Source: Promethearchaeia archaeon (GTDB taxonomy: Archaea > Asgardarchaeota > Lokiarchaeia > Sigyniarchaeales > SOKP01). Taken from it: a stretch of DNA of 64,000 nucleotides. Of this stretch, positions 9,953-20,813 are shown in pieces; position 1 is the first letter of the stretch; every line of letters starts with the position of its first letter. Location: positions 32,001 through 96,000 of the forward strand of contig JAHQWG010000035.1 of assembly GCA_029856045.1 (NCBI GenBank). Reading direction: 5' to 3'. Below the pieces are notes generated by a model, which made no database searches, had not been told where the DNA came from, and saw only the letters and a program-made list of their open reading frames with translations. The position numbers and the translations under genes are program-made.

Positions 9953-12850
9953 TTATTGCAAATATTTCTTTAAAAATTTTCCCGTATATGAATGGACATT
10001 TTGAATGATTTCCTCAGGTGTGCCTTGAACGACTATTTCCCCTCCTTTTTCTCCTCCTTCTGGCCCTAAATCAATAATATAGTCCGTTGATTTAATGATT
10101 TCCATATTATGTTCAATAATTATAACAGTATTTCCTTTATCAGTTAATTTTTGAAGCACATTTATTAATTTTTTAACATCATCAAAGTGTAATCCAGTTG
10201 TTGGTTCATCAAGCAGATATAATGTGTTTCCTGTACTAACCTTTCTTAGTTCTCTTGCAATTTTTAATCGCTGTGCTTCACCTCCACTTAGAGTTGTAGA
10301 GGATTGTCCTAATTCAAGATAACCTAAACCCACATCTATAATTGTTTTGATTGTTCTTTTTAGATTAGGGATATTTTTAAAGACTCTGTAAGCCTTAATG
10401 AATGACATCTTTAAGACGTCTGCAATGGAATATCCTTTAAATTTTATATCTAAAGTTTCTTCATTAAATCTTTTCCCTTTACACACATCACATCTTATAT
10501 ATACATCGGGAAGAAATAACATCTCTTTGAGAATATAACCAGTGCCTTGACATTTTCCACAACGACCTCCTTTAACATTAAAAGAGAAACGTCCTTTTAG
10601 GTATCCTCTTTCTTTTGCTTCTGGTAAATTAGCGTATATTTCTCTAATATAATCTAATGCTTTTGTGTAAGTTGCTGGAATTGAACGTGGAGTTCTCCCT
10701 ATAGGACTTTGATCAATATTAATGATTTTATCAATGTTTTGAAATCCAAAAATATCATCAAAATCTCCAACTTTATAAAATCTCTCTTCGGAACCCATTA
10801 TTTTTTTGAGACCTTTATAAAGGCAATCTACAAAAAGACTCGTTTTTCCGGCTCCTGAAACACCAGTAACACAAACAAAAACTCCTAAGGGTATTTTTAC
10901 ATCAATGTTTTTTAAATTATTCTCTCGAGCACCTTTTATTCTTAAAAATTTATTATTTAATTCCCTTCTTGAAACGGGAAGTGGAATTGTTAATTGACCA
11001 TTTAGATATTTTCCCGTAATTGATTTTTCATTGGAAATTATTGCTTGCAATGGTCCCGCTGCAACTAAATAGCCCCCATTTTCTCCTGCAAATGGTCCTA
11101 AGTCGATTATATGATCCGCATTCCTTATAATACTCTCATCATGTTCAACAACTATGACGGTATTCCCTAAATCTCTTAATTTCTTTAGCATATTTATTAA
11201 TTTTTTAATGTCTCGAGTATGAAGTCCTATAGTTGGTTCATCAAGCACATAAGTAACGCCAACAAGATTAGAACCCAATTGTGTTGCTAGTCTTATTCTT
11301 TCGCTTTCTCCAACTGATAACGTCTGAGCTTTTCTATTTAATGAAATATAATCCAATCCTACATTAATTAAAAAAAATAATCGATCCTTGATTTCTTTTA
11401 AAATGTCTTTAGTGATTTTTTTTTCAGATTCTGTTAATTTTAAATTATTGAAAAATTTTAATGAGTCTTTAACTGCCAAATCACAAATTTCAGCAATGTT
11501 TTTTCCCCCTATTAATACCGATAGACTAAAAGGATTTAACCGTTGTCCTTTGCATTTTGGACATATCACTTCGATCATAAAGTGACTATAAGAAATTCGT
11601 TGCTCCTTAGAAGTTGTTTCGACATATCTCCGATAAAATAATGGAATTAATCCTTCAAAAGCTCTTTTAAATCTCCATTGATAACTTGCATTATTATTTT
11701 TCTCTCTTTTATTAAATTTACTCTCATATTCTTCTTTTCTTAAATCAAATTGTATTTCATCATATCCTGTACCATATAGTATTTTTTCTAACAATTCAGG
11801 ATCAAGATCTTTAATCGGAGTTTTCGTATCAGCTCTATAATGTTTTAAAACTTGCTTTAAGATTTGCCAAGAATAACCATTTGTACTCTTAAATCCTGAA
11901 ATTTTTCTGATATTGCTTTCTTCCAATGTTTTTGTTAAATCTTTTCCAATAATTAAACTTGGAAGGAATTGTAAAGCACTTCCTAGTCCATTACACTTCT
12001 GGCAAGAGCCATGAGGTGTATTAAAGGAAAACATACGCGGCTTTAAATCGGAAAAGGATAATCCACATTCAATACAAGCATAATGTTCAGAAAATGTTTG
12101 TTCTGTGCTACTATCCTCGTCTAAGGTTTCTATTTTAACTATTCCTTCTCCAAGTTTTAGTGAAGTCTCAACTGAATCCGATAATCTTTTTCTAATACCA
12201 TCCGAAATTACTAACCTATCAACAATTACATCTATATTATGTTTTTTATATTTATCAAGGACGATTTCTTCAGAAAGTGAATATTGAATACCATCAATTT
12301 CAACCCTTGCATAACCCTGCCGCTTTAATTTTTCTAGTAAATCTTGGTATAACCCTTTTCTTGCTCTTACAACCGGAGATTTAATAATAATTTTTGAGCC
12401 CTTTTTATGTTGCTTAATTATTTGGGACACTATCTCAGTAGCAGTTTGAGGTGATATTTTTCTTCCACAATTTGGACAATGAGCAATACCGATATTTGCA
12501 TAAAGAACTCTTAAATAATCATAAATTTCAGTAACTGTTCCCACCGTACTTCTTGGATTTCTCGATATCATTTTTTGTTCAATTGCGATAGAAGGGCTGA
12601 GCCCTTCAATAGAATCTACATCTGGCTTTTCCAATTCACCCAAAAATTGTCTCGCATAACTTGATAATGATTCTAAGAACCGTCGTTGGCCTTCAGCAAA
12701 AATTGTATCCATTGCTAAACTTGATTTTCCACTCCCTGACACTCCTGTAATTACAATTAACTTATTATGGGGTATCTTTACATCTATATTTTTAAGATTG
12801 TTCTGACGAGCTCCTTTTACATAAATCATAGTATTACCCATCCTAATCAC
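9953..12850 (-). CDS. uvrA: Excinuclease ABC subunit A; probable start ATG at 12841 after a GGTGA SD
   Basis: Two ABC domains (GVSGSGKSS, GVSGAGKTS, LSGGEAQR), zinc fingers and the EGQRRFLESLS motif. Confidence 0.97.
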   Translation of the reverse strand: MIRMGNTMIYVKGARQNNLKNIDVKIPHNKLIVITGVSGSGKSSLAMDTIFAEGQRRFLESLSSYARQFLGELEKPDVDSIEGLSPSIAIEQKMISRNPRSTVGTVTEIYDYLRVLYANIGIAHCPNCGRKISPQTATEIVSQIIKQHKKGSKIIIKSPVVRARKGLYQDLLEKLKRQGYARVEIDGIQYSLSEEIVLDKYKKHNIDVIVDRLVISDGIRKRLSDSVETSLKLGEGIVKIETLDEDSSTEQTFSEHYACIECGLSFSDLKPRMFSFNTPHGSCQKCNGLGSALQFLPSLIIGKDLTKTLEESNIRKISGFKSTNGYSWQILKQVLKHYRADTKTPIKDLDPELLEKILYGTGYDEIQFDLRKEEYESKFNKREKNNNASYQWRFKRAFEGLIPLFYRRYVETTSKEQRISYSHFMIEVICPKCKGQRLNPFSLSVLIGGKNIAEICDLAVKDSLKFFNNLKLTESEKKITKDILKEIKDRLFFLINVGLDYISLNRKAQTLSVGESERIRLATQLGSNLVGVTYVLDEPTIGLHTRDIKKLINMLKKLRDLGNTVIVVEHDESIIRNADHIIDLGPFAGENGGYLVAAGPLQAIISNEKSITGKYLNGQLTIPLPVSRRELNNKFLRIKGARENNLKNIDVKIPLGVFVCVTGVSGAGKTSLFVDCLYKGLKKIMGSEERFYKVGDFDDIFGFQNIDKIINIDQSPIGRTPRSIPATYTKALDYIREIYANLPEAKERGYLKGRFSFNVKGGRCGKCQGTGYILKEMLFLPDVYIRCDVCKGKRFNEETLDIKFKGYSIADVLKMSFIKAYRVFKNIPNLKRTIKTIIDVGLGYLELGQSSTTLSGGEAQRLKIARELRKVSTGNTLYLLDEPTTGLHFDDVKKLINVLQKLTDKGNTVIIIEHNMEIIKSTDYIIDLGPEGGEKGGEIVVQGTPEEIIQNVHSYTGKFLKKYLQ

Positions 12851-12853
12851 CTT

Positions 12854-14842
12854 TTATTTGATATTATTTTTAAGTTTTAGGTCTTTGATCTGGTCTCTTA
12901 AGTATGCTGCATCTTCAAACCTTAAATCTTGAGCTGCACGATACATCTCACTTTCAAGATATCTTAATAAATCCTTTGTATTTATAGACGCTTCAATTTT
13001 TTCTACAATTTTAAATTTTAATTTTTTAGTTTCTTTTTCTTTCAATTCTTGTTCTTCAGCCAGAGATTCCAAAATTTTCTTATGAATTGTTTTTGGAGTA
13101 ATATTATTTTTTTTATTAAACTCAATTTGTTTTTTTCGTCTACGAGTAGTCTCGTCTACAGCAGCTTTTATTGATCGTGTTATTTTATCAGCGTATAAAA
13201 TAGCCCTTCCATTTATATTTCTAGAAGCTCTTCCAATTGTTTGGATCAAAGAACGAGTGTTTCTAAGAAATCCTTCCTTATCTGCATCAAGGATTGCCAC
13301 GAGAGATACTTCTGGTAAATCTAACCCCTCTCTTAACAAATTTATACCAACTATAACATCAAAAACACCCTCTCTTAAGTTGCGGAGTATTTCAAACCTT
13401 TCTACGGTGTCTATCTCTGAATGCAGGTAAGTTATTTTAAGACCCAATTCATTATAATAATCTGCAATATCTTCTGACATTCTTTTCGTTAGAGTTGTAA
13501 TTAAAACACGTTCATTATTTTTAATTACTTTTCTAATTTCTCCTAAAAGATCATCAATTTGGTTTTTAGTTGGTCTTACTTCAAGGATGGGATCCACAAG
13601 ACCTGTAGGTCTTATGATTTGTTCAGCTACTTTACCATTTGATTTCTCTATTTCATAATCCATTGGAGTGGCACTCATAAAAATGACTTCATTGATCTTT
13701 AGTTCCCATTCTTCAAATTTTAAAGGCCTATTGTCATAAGCGCTTGGGAGTCTGTAGCCAAAGTCAATTAGGTTATTCTTCCGGGATATGTCTCCTCTAA
13801 TCATTCCATGTAGCTGAGGAACGGTTATATGAGATTCGTCTACAATCATCAAAAATTTTTTAGGGAAATAATCAATAATCGTCCTTGGAGGGACCCCAGG
13901 TTCTCTATTGTCCAAATATCTTGAATAATTTTCAATAGCTTTACAAAATCCCATTTCTCGTAACATTTCAAGGTCAAATTTTGTCCGGGATTCAATTCTT
14001 TGTGCTTCAGCATATTTTTTTCCTTTTTTAAAATATGCAACCCTTTCTTGCATCTCTTTTTCAATTTTATCGATTGCAGTGATTTTATTTTCCTCCGGAA
14101 TTATAAATTCACTGGCTGGGAATATTCTACAATTAGGTAAGTTATTTATTGTGTTGATAGAGACAGGGTGAATTTCTTCAATTGATTCAATCTCATCACC
14201 GAATAGAGATATTCTTAGAGCTGTTTCTAAATAAGCAGGGTATATGTCAATAATATCACCCTTGGTTCTAACAGTAGCTCTTTTAAATTCCATGTCCTTA
14301 CGTTCATATCCCATTTCAATGAGCTTTCTGAGAATATTGCTCCTTTTGACTTTCTCTCCCACTTCCAGAACAATAGAAGCATCTTCCCAGTCCTCCGGTC
14401 GTCCCATTCCATAAATACAAGAAACCGTGGCGACAACTATTACATCAGTCCTTGTTCTAAGTGCATGAGCTGTTGCTAATCGATGTCTTTGGATTTCTTC
14501 ATTAACGCTAAAATCCTTTTCTATATATAACCCACTAACTGGAACGTAAGCCTCAGGCTGGTAATAATCATAATATGACACGAAATAACGTACTGCATTA
14601 TTAGGGAATAAATCTTTTAACTCATTGTATAATTGTGCGGCCAATGTTTTATTCGGAGCCATTACAAGTGTTGGTAATTGAATTTCTTGTATAACGTTAG
14701 CTACTGTGAAACTCTTGCCAGTACCCGTAGCACCTAAAAGGGTTTGAAAATGATTTCCTCTTTTGATTCCATCAACTAAAGCATTAATTGCAGTAGGCTG
14801 GTCTCCAGTGGGTGAATATTCACTTTTTAATTCAAATTTCAA
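12854..14842 (-). CDS. uvrB: Excinuclease ABC subunit B
   Basis: GDQP, GATGTGKS, YYDYYQPEAY beta-hairpin, DESH and a C-terminal UVR domain (FEDAAYLRD). Confidence 0.97.
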   Translation of the reverse strand: MKFELKSEYSPTGDQPTAINALVDGIKRGNHFQTLLGATGTGKSFTVANVIQEIQLPTLVMAPNKTLAAQLYNELKDLFPNNAVRYFVSYYDYYQPEAYVPVSGLYIEKDFSVNEEIQRHRLATAHALRTRTDVIVVATVSCIYGMGRPEDWEDASIVLEVGEKVKRSNILRKLIEMGYERKDMEFKRATVRTKGDIIDIYPAYLETALRISLFGDEIESIEEIHPVSINTINNLPNCRIFPASEFIIPEENKITAIDKIEKEMQERVAYFKKGKKYAEAQRIESRTKFDLEMLREMGFCKAIENYSRYLDNREPGVPPRTIIDYFPKKFLMIVDESHITVPQLHGMIRGDISRKNNLIDFGYRLPSAYDNRPLKFEEWELKINEVIFMSATPMDYEIEKSNGKVAEQIIRPTGLVDPILEVRPTKNQIDDLLGEIRKVIKNNERVLITTLTKRMSEDIADYYNELGLKITYLHSEIDTVERFEILRNLREGVFDVIVGINLLREGLDLPEVSLVAILDADKEGFLRNTRSLIQTIGRASRNINGRAILYADKITRSIKAAVDETTRRRKKQIEFNKKNNITPKTIHKKILESLAEEQELKEKETKKLKFKIVEKIEASINTKDLLRYLESEMYRAAQDLRFEDAAYLRDQIKDLKLKNNIK

Positions 14843-15009
14843 GATATCAGACTCACAGATTGCTACTTCTATTTATGAAAAAAACATTATTAATAATTAA
14901 TAAGCAGTGATTTATCGTAAAAATTAATAATTCTTAATTTCTTAAGATTTTTACTGTTATAAATATAAAGGAATAAATGGTAAAAATAAAAATAAAAGTT
15001 TTGAAGATA

Positions 15010-18000
15010 TTAAGCCACAACTGTAATTACGCGAATATCTTCTGCTCCTTCTTCAGTTCTAATTAATATCTCAAGAGTATCATCTATATTAATTGTTCCA
15101 ATTAATAATCCGAGATCTGTTAATGTTATTGTTAATGATATTTCCTCACCTGTTTCGATAGTTAGATCAACACTATCAACAATTGTGATTGTACTCCATG
15201 GAATATATGTATTATTTACATACACTGCATCAACTGTTAGATTATCATCGCCTATGTTTTTAAGATTGAGTGTTAATAGATCTTGACTATCATCTGCTGA
15301 GGATATATCTAAGATATCAATGCTGTATTTCTCCGGATTCGATGCAGGGTTAACTTCAGCTGTAAATGATCGTTTTATTGACATTCCAGATTTAGTAGTT
15401 ATATTTATTTCTACAATATTTGATTGATTTATATTGTATTGAGTTGAATTGAAAGAGAATATTGCTATCTCTTGGAGATCCAACGTTTTAATGTTATGGT
15501 TAAAAATCACATCATCAATAGAGATGCTTTCTGTCCCATTTATTATCACACTATCAAGTTCAATAAGAATATTTCCTGTATTTTTAAGTGCAACCTCTAT
15601 TGTCTCATTAGCCCATACATGTGTTATGTTAAGTTCAGATTCAGAGATAAATCTAAAATTTGCAGAATTTCTAATTGGATACAAGTTTCCTACATCCGTA
15701 GCTGCAATATATCCATCCAAGCCAGATGCTGCGACAATTACTTCAATTTCTTCATTATTCTCAATATCCGGATAATCAATTATTAGATCTTTGATCTCAT
15801 CTTCGGAGAGAAGATAATCATCGTCAACTGAATCATATTTTTCAGGATGACCATTTATATAAACAAAATTAGTTAGTCCAATTAATTTATTTCCAGTATT
15901 TTTTACCTTAATGAAAATTGAGCCATTATCATATGCACAGGCACTATTTATATCTATAGGAATTTGAGTTCTATTTTTACTAGATAATATTTTTGATTCA
16001 TCAGAAAGCACGCGGTCTTCAGGGATTATTGAGATTTTATATTCTTTTTTATTATAAGTAAAAATTGTTTCATCAAATATTCCTTCAGATGCAACAACTC
16101 TTATTGTATCACTTAATTGATCCATTGCATCTCCTAATGTAGATTTATTAACTGGAGATTCAGGAATATAAATCGTTGTTTTTGATCCTGATTCCAGTAA
16201 GGAATTACTTAATTGATAGGTGCTTTGGTTGAATTCAATTCCATTTATATAGGTTGTGTTTAAATTAATATTTCCTTCGCCTGTATTTTCAACTTCTAAA
16301 TAAAAACTTGTATTTAAATTATCTTCATTAATTATTGCAATACTATTTTCTCTATTGATTTTTATTCCATAATTAGGAGCTGGGTCAACCAAAATATTAG
16401 TAGAACTTGCTTCAAAAGTATATTTTGTATCTTCTAAAGCCTCAGCTTCTATACTAACTGAAATATTAACTACATCATTTAATTCAAAGCCTGCATTTTG
16501 GGCATCTATCCAAACGAGTTTTTCCTCTCCTGGTTCAACTTGATAGTCGTTATCTTCAATAGTAAAATCATAAGAATCTTCTTTTATGAAAACATTATCT
16601 AAGGTTACCTCTTTAATTCCTGTATTTATTAATTTAAAATTAGCAAAGCCATTATCATAAACCTTCGGATCGCTAACTTCTACTGAGGAATCTAATGCAG
16701 TATAATCAACTCGAAATAATTTGACTAATCCTTGTGTAGAAAAGAATATAGGCTTAAACACTTTGAAATCATAATAACCATGGTAAGGAATAAATTCAGA
16801 CCATAATCTGCCATCGTCAAGTTTACTAGGTTGGATATTTTGAGAAGAATCACCTGCAACTTTTTGGGCATAATAATATTCAAATTGTGTTGTGACTTCC
16901 TCTAATACAGTTGGTAATCCAGAAAACATTAATCTAACTAATTGACTTTGAAACCATTTTTCTTTATATGCACCCGTAGTTGGATTTTGATATTCAGATT
17001 CATCAAATACACCATTTTCTTTCCAATTATAAGCTTCCCATCCAAATCTTTTATACGTCTGATAATTATCATTACAAATTCTGAGCATCCAAGGCCATTT
17101 TCCCTCATCTCCTCCAAGTTGGGTAAACATCGTAAAATATACGAGAACATAATCAGCTTGCAAGTTACGCAGTATTTTAGCACTCTCTAATTCATCTGTT
17201 TGCATAAATGCCATACCTGTGGCACCTATTCGTGTTTGGTTTATTGTTCCGTTATCATTAATCGTTGTAGCATTACCAATAGGAGTTATCCAATAACCAT
17301 AATCCCACCAGCTTACTACTACAGTCCCGGGAGGTAAATTAGTCCTGATCCAAGTCATACTTTCTTCCCAATCATGAAGAGTACCCCCTGGAGTAATTTG
17401 TGAGTAAGATAAAGAATTAATCGAAATATCTGCTGCGTGAGAGACTTGAGCAAACATTAGAAATCCGATTATGGCATAAATTCCAAAAGATTCCCAACTC
17501 CCAATGGTCGTTTTTACTTGTCTTTTCCTACGTCTGGTTATCATACTCTTTTCTTTACCAATAAAACTCCCGAACAATTTTAAAATACTCGATAACCCGT
17601 AAGAGCCAATTAAAACTACTGCAGGAGCAAATAATAAAATAATTCGAATCATACTACCTGTAAAATAGAATAAAGTGAGAACATAGATTATAATTAAAAA
17701 ATCCTCTTCATTTCCTCTTTTAATACAGAAATAAATCCCTACAGGTACTAATAAACTCGGAATTAATGTATTATAATAAAATACACTCCATGGGCTTGGC
17801 ATATGCTCAGCAACCGAAGCAACTAACTGCAAATCTTGCCTTAACAAAGGAGAAAATACACTTGTAAATCGTGCATCAAATCCAAATGGAATTATATTAG
17901 GAAATAACCATAGAACTATTGCCCCAATTAAAATTACAGGGATTATTGCCCAACGCAAGAAAGTTAATACAGCGTCATAAAATTTTGGATTTATTGTTTT

Positions 18001-18888
18001 TTGTCGATAAAAGAGATGATATATGATTAATACTACTGAAAAGAGAAAAACTGCTAAAAATTCAAAATCGTTAAAAAATCCTTCGGGGGAAAATTTAATA
18101 AATAAGGAGTAAATAAGGATTCCGACCCCTTCAGTTCCCGCATAAGCTATAAATAATCTTGGTGAATATTTATCAACTATAATTAATATCCCTGTTAATA
18201 AAGGAATTATTAATAACGTATAAACATAACCACCCCAACTAAGTGATAAATAACCTAATGATAATCCAGCAAGAATTGCATGATGGATCTTTCCTGTTTT
18301 TACTGCTTTAACAAAAAATAAAAGAGTTAATAATGTTCCGAGAATACCAATAGTTTCATTATCGAAAAATCCAGCAACTGTTCGTTGCATATGTCCAGGA
18401 TTGAATGCTAAGAAAAATGCAGCAAGTAGACCAGTTCGTTTATCTAAAATTTCCTTACCCAAAAAGTACATAATAAAAACTGTTAAAGCTCCAGCAAATG
18501 CAGGAAAATAATAGCAAACATCATATAATTGAATAGGAATTCCAATTCCATTCAATACCCAATAAATTATTGAAACTGTAAATTGTAGTCCTGGTCTCAG
18601 TCTAAAACGATCAATTCCCTCAGGATACCAAGATTTAAAATCATGCCAATGAAAATATTCATAAATCCCGTTTTGACTTAAATATTCTGCCGAATAATAT
18701 TGTATCCAAGGATCGAACGCTTTTATCAAAGGAGGGCCCACAAATATTGGACTTAGCCTTATCAAAAGCGCAACAATCACAATTAAGATTAAAGCAATTA
18801 TAAAAACAAAGTTCTCTTTTTTTACTCTAATTTTTGTTCTAATTTTATCGCGAAAATCTAAAAATCTTGATTTCAATTTTAATTGCAT
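15010..18888 (-). CDS. aglB: Oligosaccharyltransferase AglB/STT3 with a long C-terminal repeat extension
   Basis: FDP, GFFDNE, SVAEH, WWDYG, DNGT and DEGKWPWMLRI motifs; many TM helices. Confidence 0.95.
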   Translation of the reverse strand: MQLKLKSRFLDFRDKIRTKIRVKKENFVFIIALILIVIVALLIRLSPIFVGPPLIKAFDPWIQYYSAEYLSQNGIYEYFHWHDFKSWYPEGIDRFRLRPGLQFTVSIIYWVLNGIGIPIQLYDVCYYFPAFAGALTVFIMYFLGKEILDKRTGLLAAFFLAFNPGHMQRTVAGFFDNETIGILGTLLTLLFFVKAVKTGKIHHAILAGLSLGYLSLSWGGYVYTLLIIPLLTGILIIVDKYSPRLFIAYAGTEGVGILIYSLFIKFSPEGFFNDFEFLAVFLFSVVLIIYHLFYRQKTINPKFYDAVLTFLRWAIIPVILIGAIVLWLFPNIIPFGFDARFTSVFSPLLRQDLQLVASVAEHMPSPWSVFYYNTLIPSLLVPVGIYFCIKRGNEEDFLIIIYVLTLFYFTGSMIRIILLFAPAVVLIGSYGLSSILKLFGSFIGKEKSMITRRRKRQVKTTIGSWESFGIYAIIGFLMFAQVSHAADISINSLSYSQITPGGTLHDWEESMTWIRTNLPPGTVVVSWWDYGYWITPIGNATTINDNGTINQTRIGATGMAFMQTDELESAKILRNLQADYVLVYFTMFTQLGGDEGKWPWMLRICNDNYQTYKRFGWEAYNWKENGVFDESEYQNPTTGAYKEKWFQSQLVRLMFSGLPTVLEEVTTQFEYYYAQKVAGDSSQNIQPSKLDDGRLWSEFIPYHGYYDFKVFKPIFFSTQGLVKLFRVDYTALDSSVEVSDPKVYDNGFANFKLINTGIKEVTLDNVFIKEDSYDFTIEDNDYQVEPGEEKLVWIDAQNAGFELNDVVNISVSIEAEALEDTKYTFEASSTNILVDPAPNYGIKINRENSIAIINEDNLNTSFYLEVENTGEGNINLNTTYINGIEFNQSTYQLSNSLLESGSKTTIYIPESPVNKSTLGDAMDQLSDTIRVVASEGIFDETIFTYNKKEYKISIIPEDRVLSDESKILSSKNRTQIPIDINSACAYDNGSIFIKVKNTGNKLIGLTNFVYINGHPEKYDSVDDDYLLSEDEIKDLIIDYPDIENNEEIEVIVAASGLDGYIAATDVGNLYPIRNSANFRFISESELNITHVWANETIEVALKNTGNILIELDSVIINGTESISIDDVIFNHNIKTLDLQEIAIFSFNSTQYNINQSNIVEINITTKSGMSIKRSFTAEVNPASNPEKYSIDILDISSADDSQDLLTLNLKNIGDDNLTVDAVYVNNTYIPWSTITIVDSVDLTIETGEEISLTITLTDLGLLIGTINIDDTLEILIRTEEGAEDIRVITVVA

Positions 18889-19088
18889 ATATATCTGTCC
18901 AAGCTCTATTTTTTTTGAAGATATTCTATTTCAATATATATATTAATTTTCAATATTCGACTCAGATAAATATGATACCAAGTTCTAATACATCTATATA
19001 TAATATAATTATGAAATTTATATTACTAAAAAACCTTTTCAAGAATTTTAATATCAAACTTAAAATCAAATATTACTTTATATAAACT

Positions 19089-19241
19089 ATGAGTAATGAT
19101 ATAAAACTACTAATTAATGAGAAAGAGATACCTATGAATCCTTTTGTTACAAAAATCATCAGAGATGTTAATTTAGCAATAATTAATCACTTACGAGAAA
19201 TGCCAGATGTGGTTAAAAAAATAACTATTGTTTTAGATTAG
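19089..19241 (+). CDS. 50-aa protein resembling the small C-terminal domain of archaeal MobB-like proteins (not in the ORF track)
   Basis: MSNDIKLLINEKEIPMNPFVTKIIRDVNLAIINHLREMPDVVKKITIVLD*. Clean ATG-to-TAG frame just upstream of truA. Confidence 0.7.
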   Translation: MSNDIKLLINEKEIPMNPFVTKIIRDVNLAIINHLREMPDVVKKITIVLD

Positions 19242-19270
19242 AAATAGTTTAACTAATAAATCAGAGTTCT

Positions 19271-20110
19271 ATGAAATCAGCGCAACGATATTTTATTAAG
19301 ATGTATTATTTGGCTGATCATTATCTCGGATCTCAGCGTCAAAAGGAAGAAAATACCATTGAAGGTATTTTAATAAAGAAACTTATTGATAAATCCTATA
19401 TTGAAAATGAAAGCAAATCTGGTTTTGAAGCAGCAAGTCGAACAGATCGTTTTGTTTCTGCAAGAGGAGCTGTTTTTTCTTTTATAACTCAGAAAAGTTT
19501 TTATCCTGAGGAATTGAATAGTGCTCTCCCGAATGATATAGGAGTCTGGAGTGTTGCAAAAATTCCAATAGATTATAAACCGAGACGGAATGCAATTTGT
19601 CGGCATTATAAATATATTTTTGAGTATCCTATATCCTATCTCGTAAAAAATTCAGAATTTGATATCGATTTAATTAAACAAGGATGTGATTTATTACAAG
19701 GTAGACACGATTTTATTAATTTTACTAAAAAAGAGAAGGATAAAAATACAGTCAGAGATCTGGTGGATATTAAATTATCGATTAAAAATGAATTTCTCGT
19801 TATGGATTTTTATAGCAAAAGTTATTTAAGACAACAGATACGAAAAATGATTAAAAAACTGATTGAACTAGGAACTAGAAAAATAACACTAAAAGAGTTT
19901 AAATTTTTATTTAACCCAATGAAATCATTTTCTTATAAGCCTCACTCTCCTAATGGATTAATTTTATGGGATGTTAAATACCCAAAAGAGGTTAATTTTA
20001 TAGAAAATAAAAAAGGGAAAGAGCGTATGTTTAATTTTTTTGAGGAAAAATTAAACTATAATATTTTTAGATTAAATTTTTTCAACATTTTAAAAGATGG
20101 AAGAGGTTAA
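19271..20110 (+). CDS. truA: tRNA pseudouridine(38-40) synthase
   Basis: GSQRQ, ASRTD (catalytic Asp), LNSALP, GRHDF, YLRQQIRKM and GLILWDV motifs. Confidence 0.92.
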   Translation: MKSAQRYFIKMYYLADHYLGSQRQKEENTIEGILIKKLIDKSYIENESKSGFEAASRTDRFVSARGAVFSFITQKSFYPEELNSALPNDIGVWSVAKIPIDYKPRRNAICRHYKYIFEYPISYLVKNSEFDIDLIKQGCDLLQGRHDFINFTKKEKDKNTVRDLVDIKLSIKNEFLVMDFYSKSYLRQQIRKMIKKLIELGTRKITLKEFKFLFNPMKSFSYKPHSPNGLILWDVKYPKEVNFIENKKGKERMFNFFEEKLNYNIFRLNFFNILKDGRG

Positions 20111-20132
20111 AATGAAATTATTTTTTTCCTCT

Positions 20133-20161
20133 AAAAGATTTTAACCATCCGTTTATAAATA
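20133..20161 (+). repeat. Direct repeat, copy 1 (29 bp, promoter-like)
   Basis: AAAAGATTTTAACCATCCGTTTATAAATA, 26/29 identical to 22310-22338. Confidence 0.8.
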
Positions 20162-20210
20162 TATAAAATGAAGAAAATTCAAAAAGAAGATTATATTATA
20201 TTTAATAATT

Positions 20211-20813
20211 ATGCACATTATCTGTTTTGACCTTGAAGGGGTCTTCACACCAGAAGTTTGGATAAATGTATCTTTAAAAACAGGAATTGATGAGCTCAAA
20301 CTAACTACTCGTGATATTTCTGACTATGACGTTCTTATGAAAAGAAGGTTAGAAATTCTTAAAGAACATAATATTACCTTAAATGAAATCAAAACTGTGA
20401 TCTCAGAGATGGAACTTTTACCAGGAGCCAAAGATTTTTTGGATTGGGTTCGTTCGATAGTACAAGTGATTATAGTTACTGATAGTTTCATCGAATTTGC
20501 TATGCTTTTTATGAAAAAACTCGATTATCCCCTCTTATTATGCCACAATCTTGAAACAGATGAGAAAGGTATAATTACGGATTATAAATTGCGGATTAAT
20601 GATATGAAAAGAGAAACTGTAAAAGCTTTTAAAAATATGAACTATGATGTAATTGCTGTAGGAGATTCATATAATGATACTGCGATGTTGTTGGAAGCAA
20701 AACATGGTATATTATTTCGCCCACCAGAAAAAATAATTAAAGAATTTCCACAATTTCCGGTTGTAACAGAATATGCTGAATTTAAAAAAGTTTTATTAAA
20801 AATTCTTCAATAA
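20211..20813 (+). CDS. thrH: Phosphoserine phosphatase / homoserine phosphotransferase (HAD)
   Basis: FDLEGVFTPEVW, TTRDISDYDVLM and GDSYNDTAML motifs. Confidence 0.92.
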   Translation: MHIICFDLEGVFTPEVWINVSLKTGIDELKLTTRDISDYDVLMKRRLEILKEHNITLNEIKTVISEMELLPGAKDFLDWVRSIVQVIIVTDSFIEFAMLFMKKLDYPLLLCHNLETDEKGIITDYKLRINDMKRETVKAFKNMNYDVIAVGDSYNDTAMLLEAKHGILFRPPEKIIKEFPQFPVVTEYAEFKKVLLKILQ

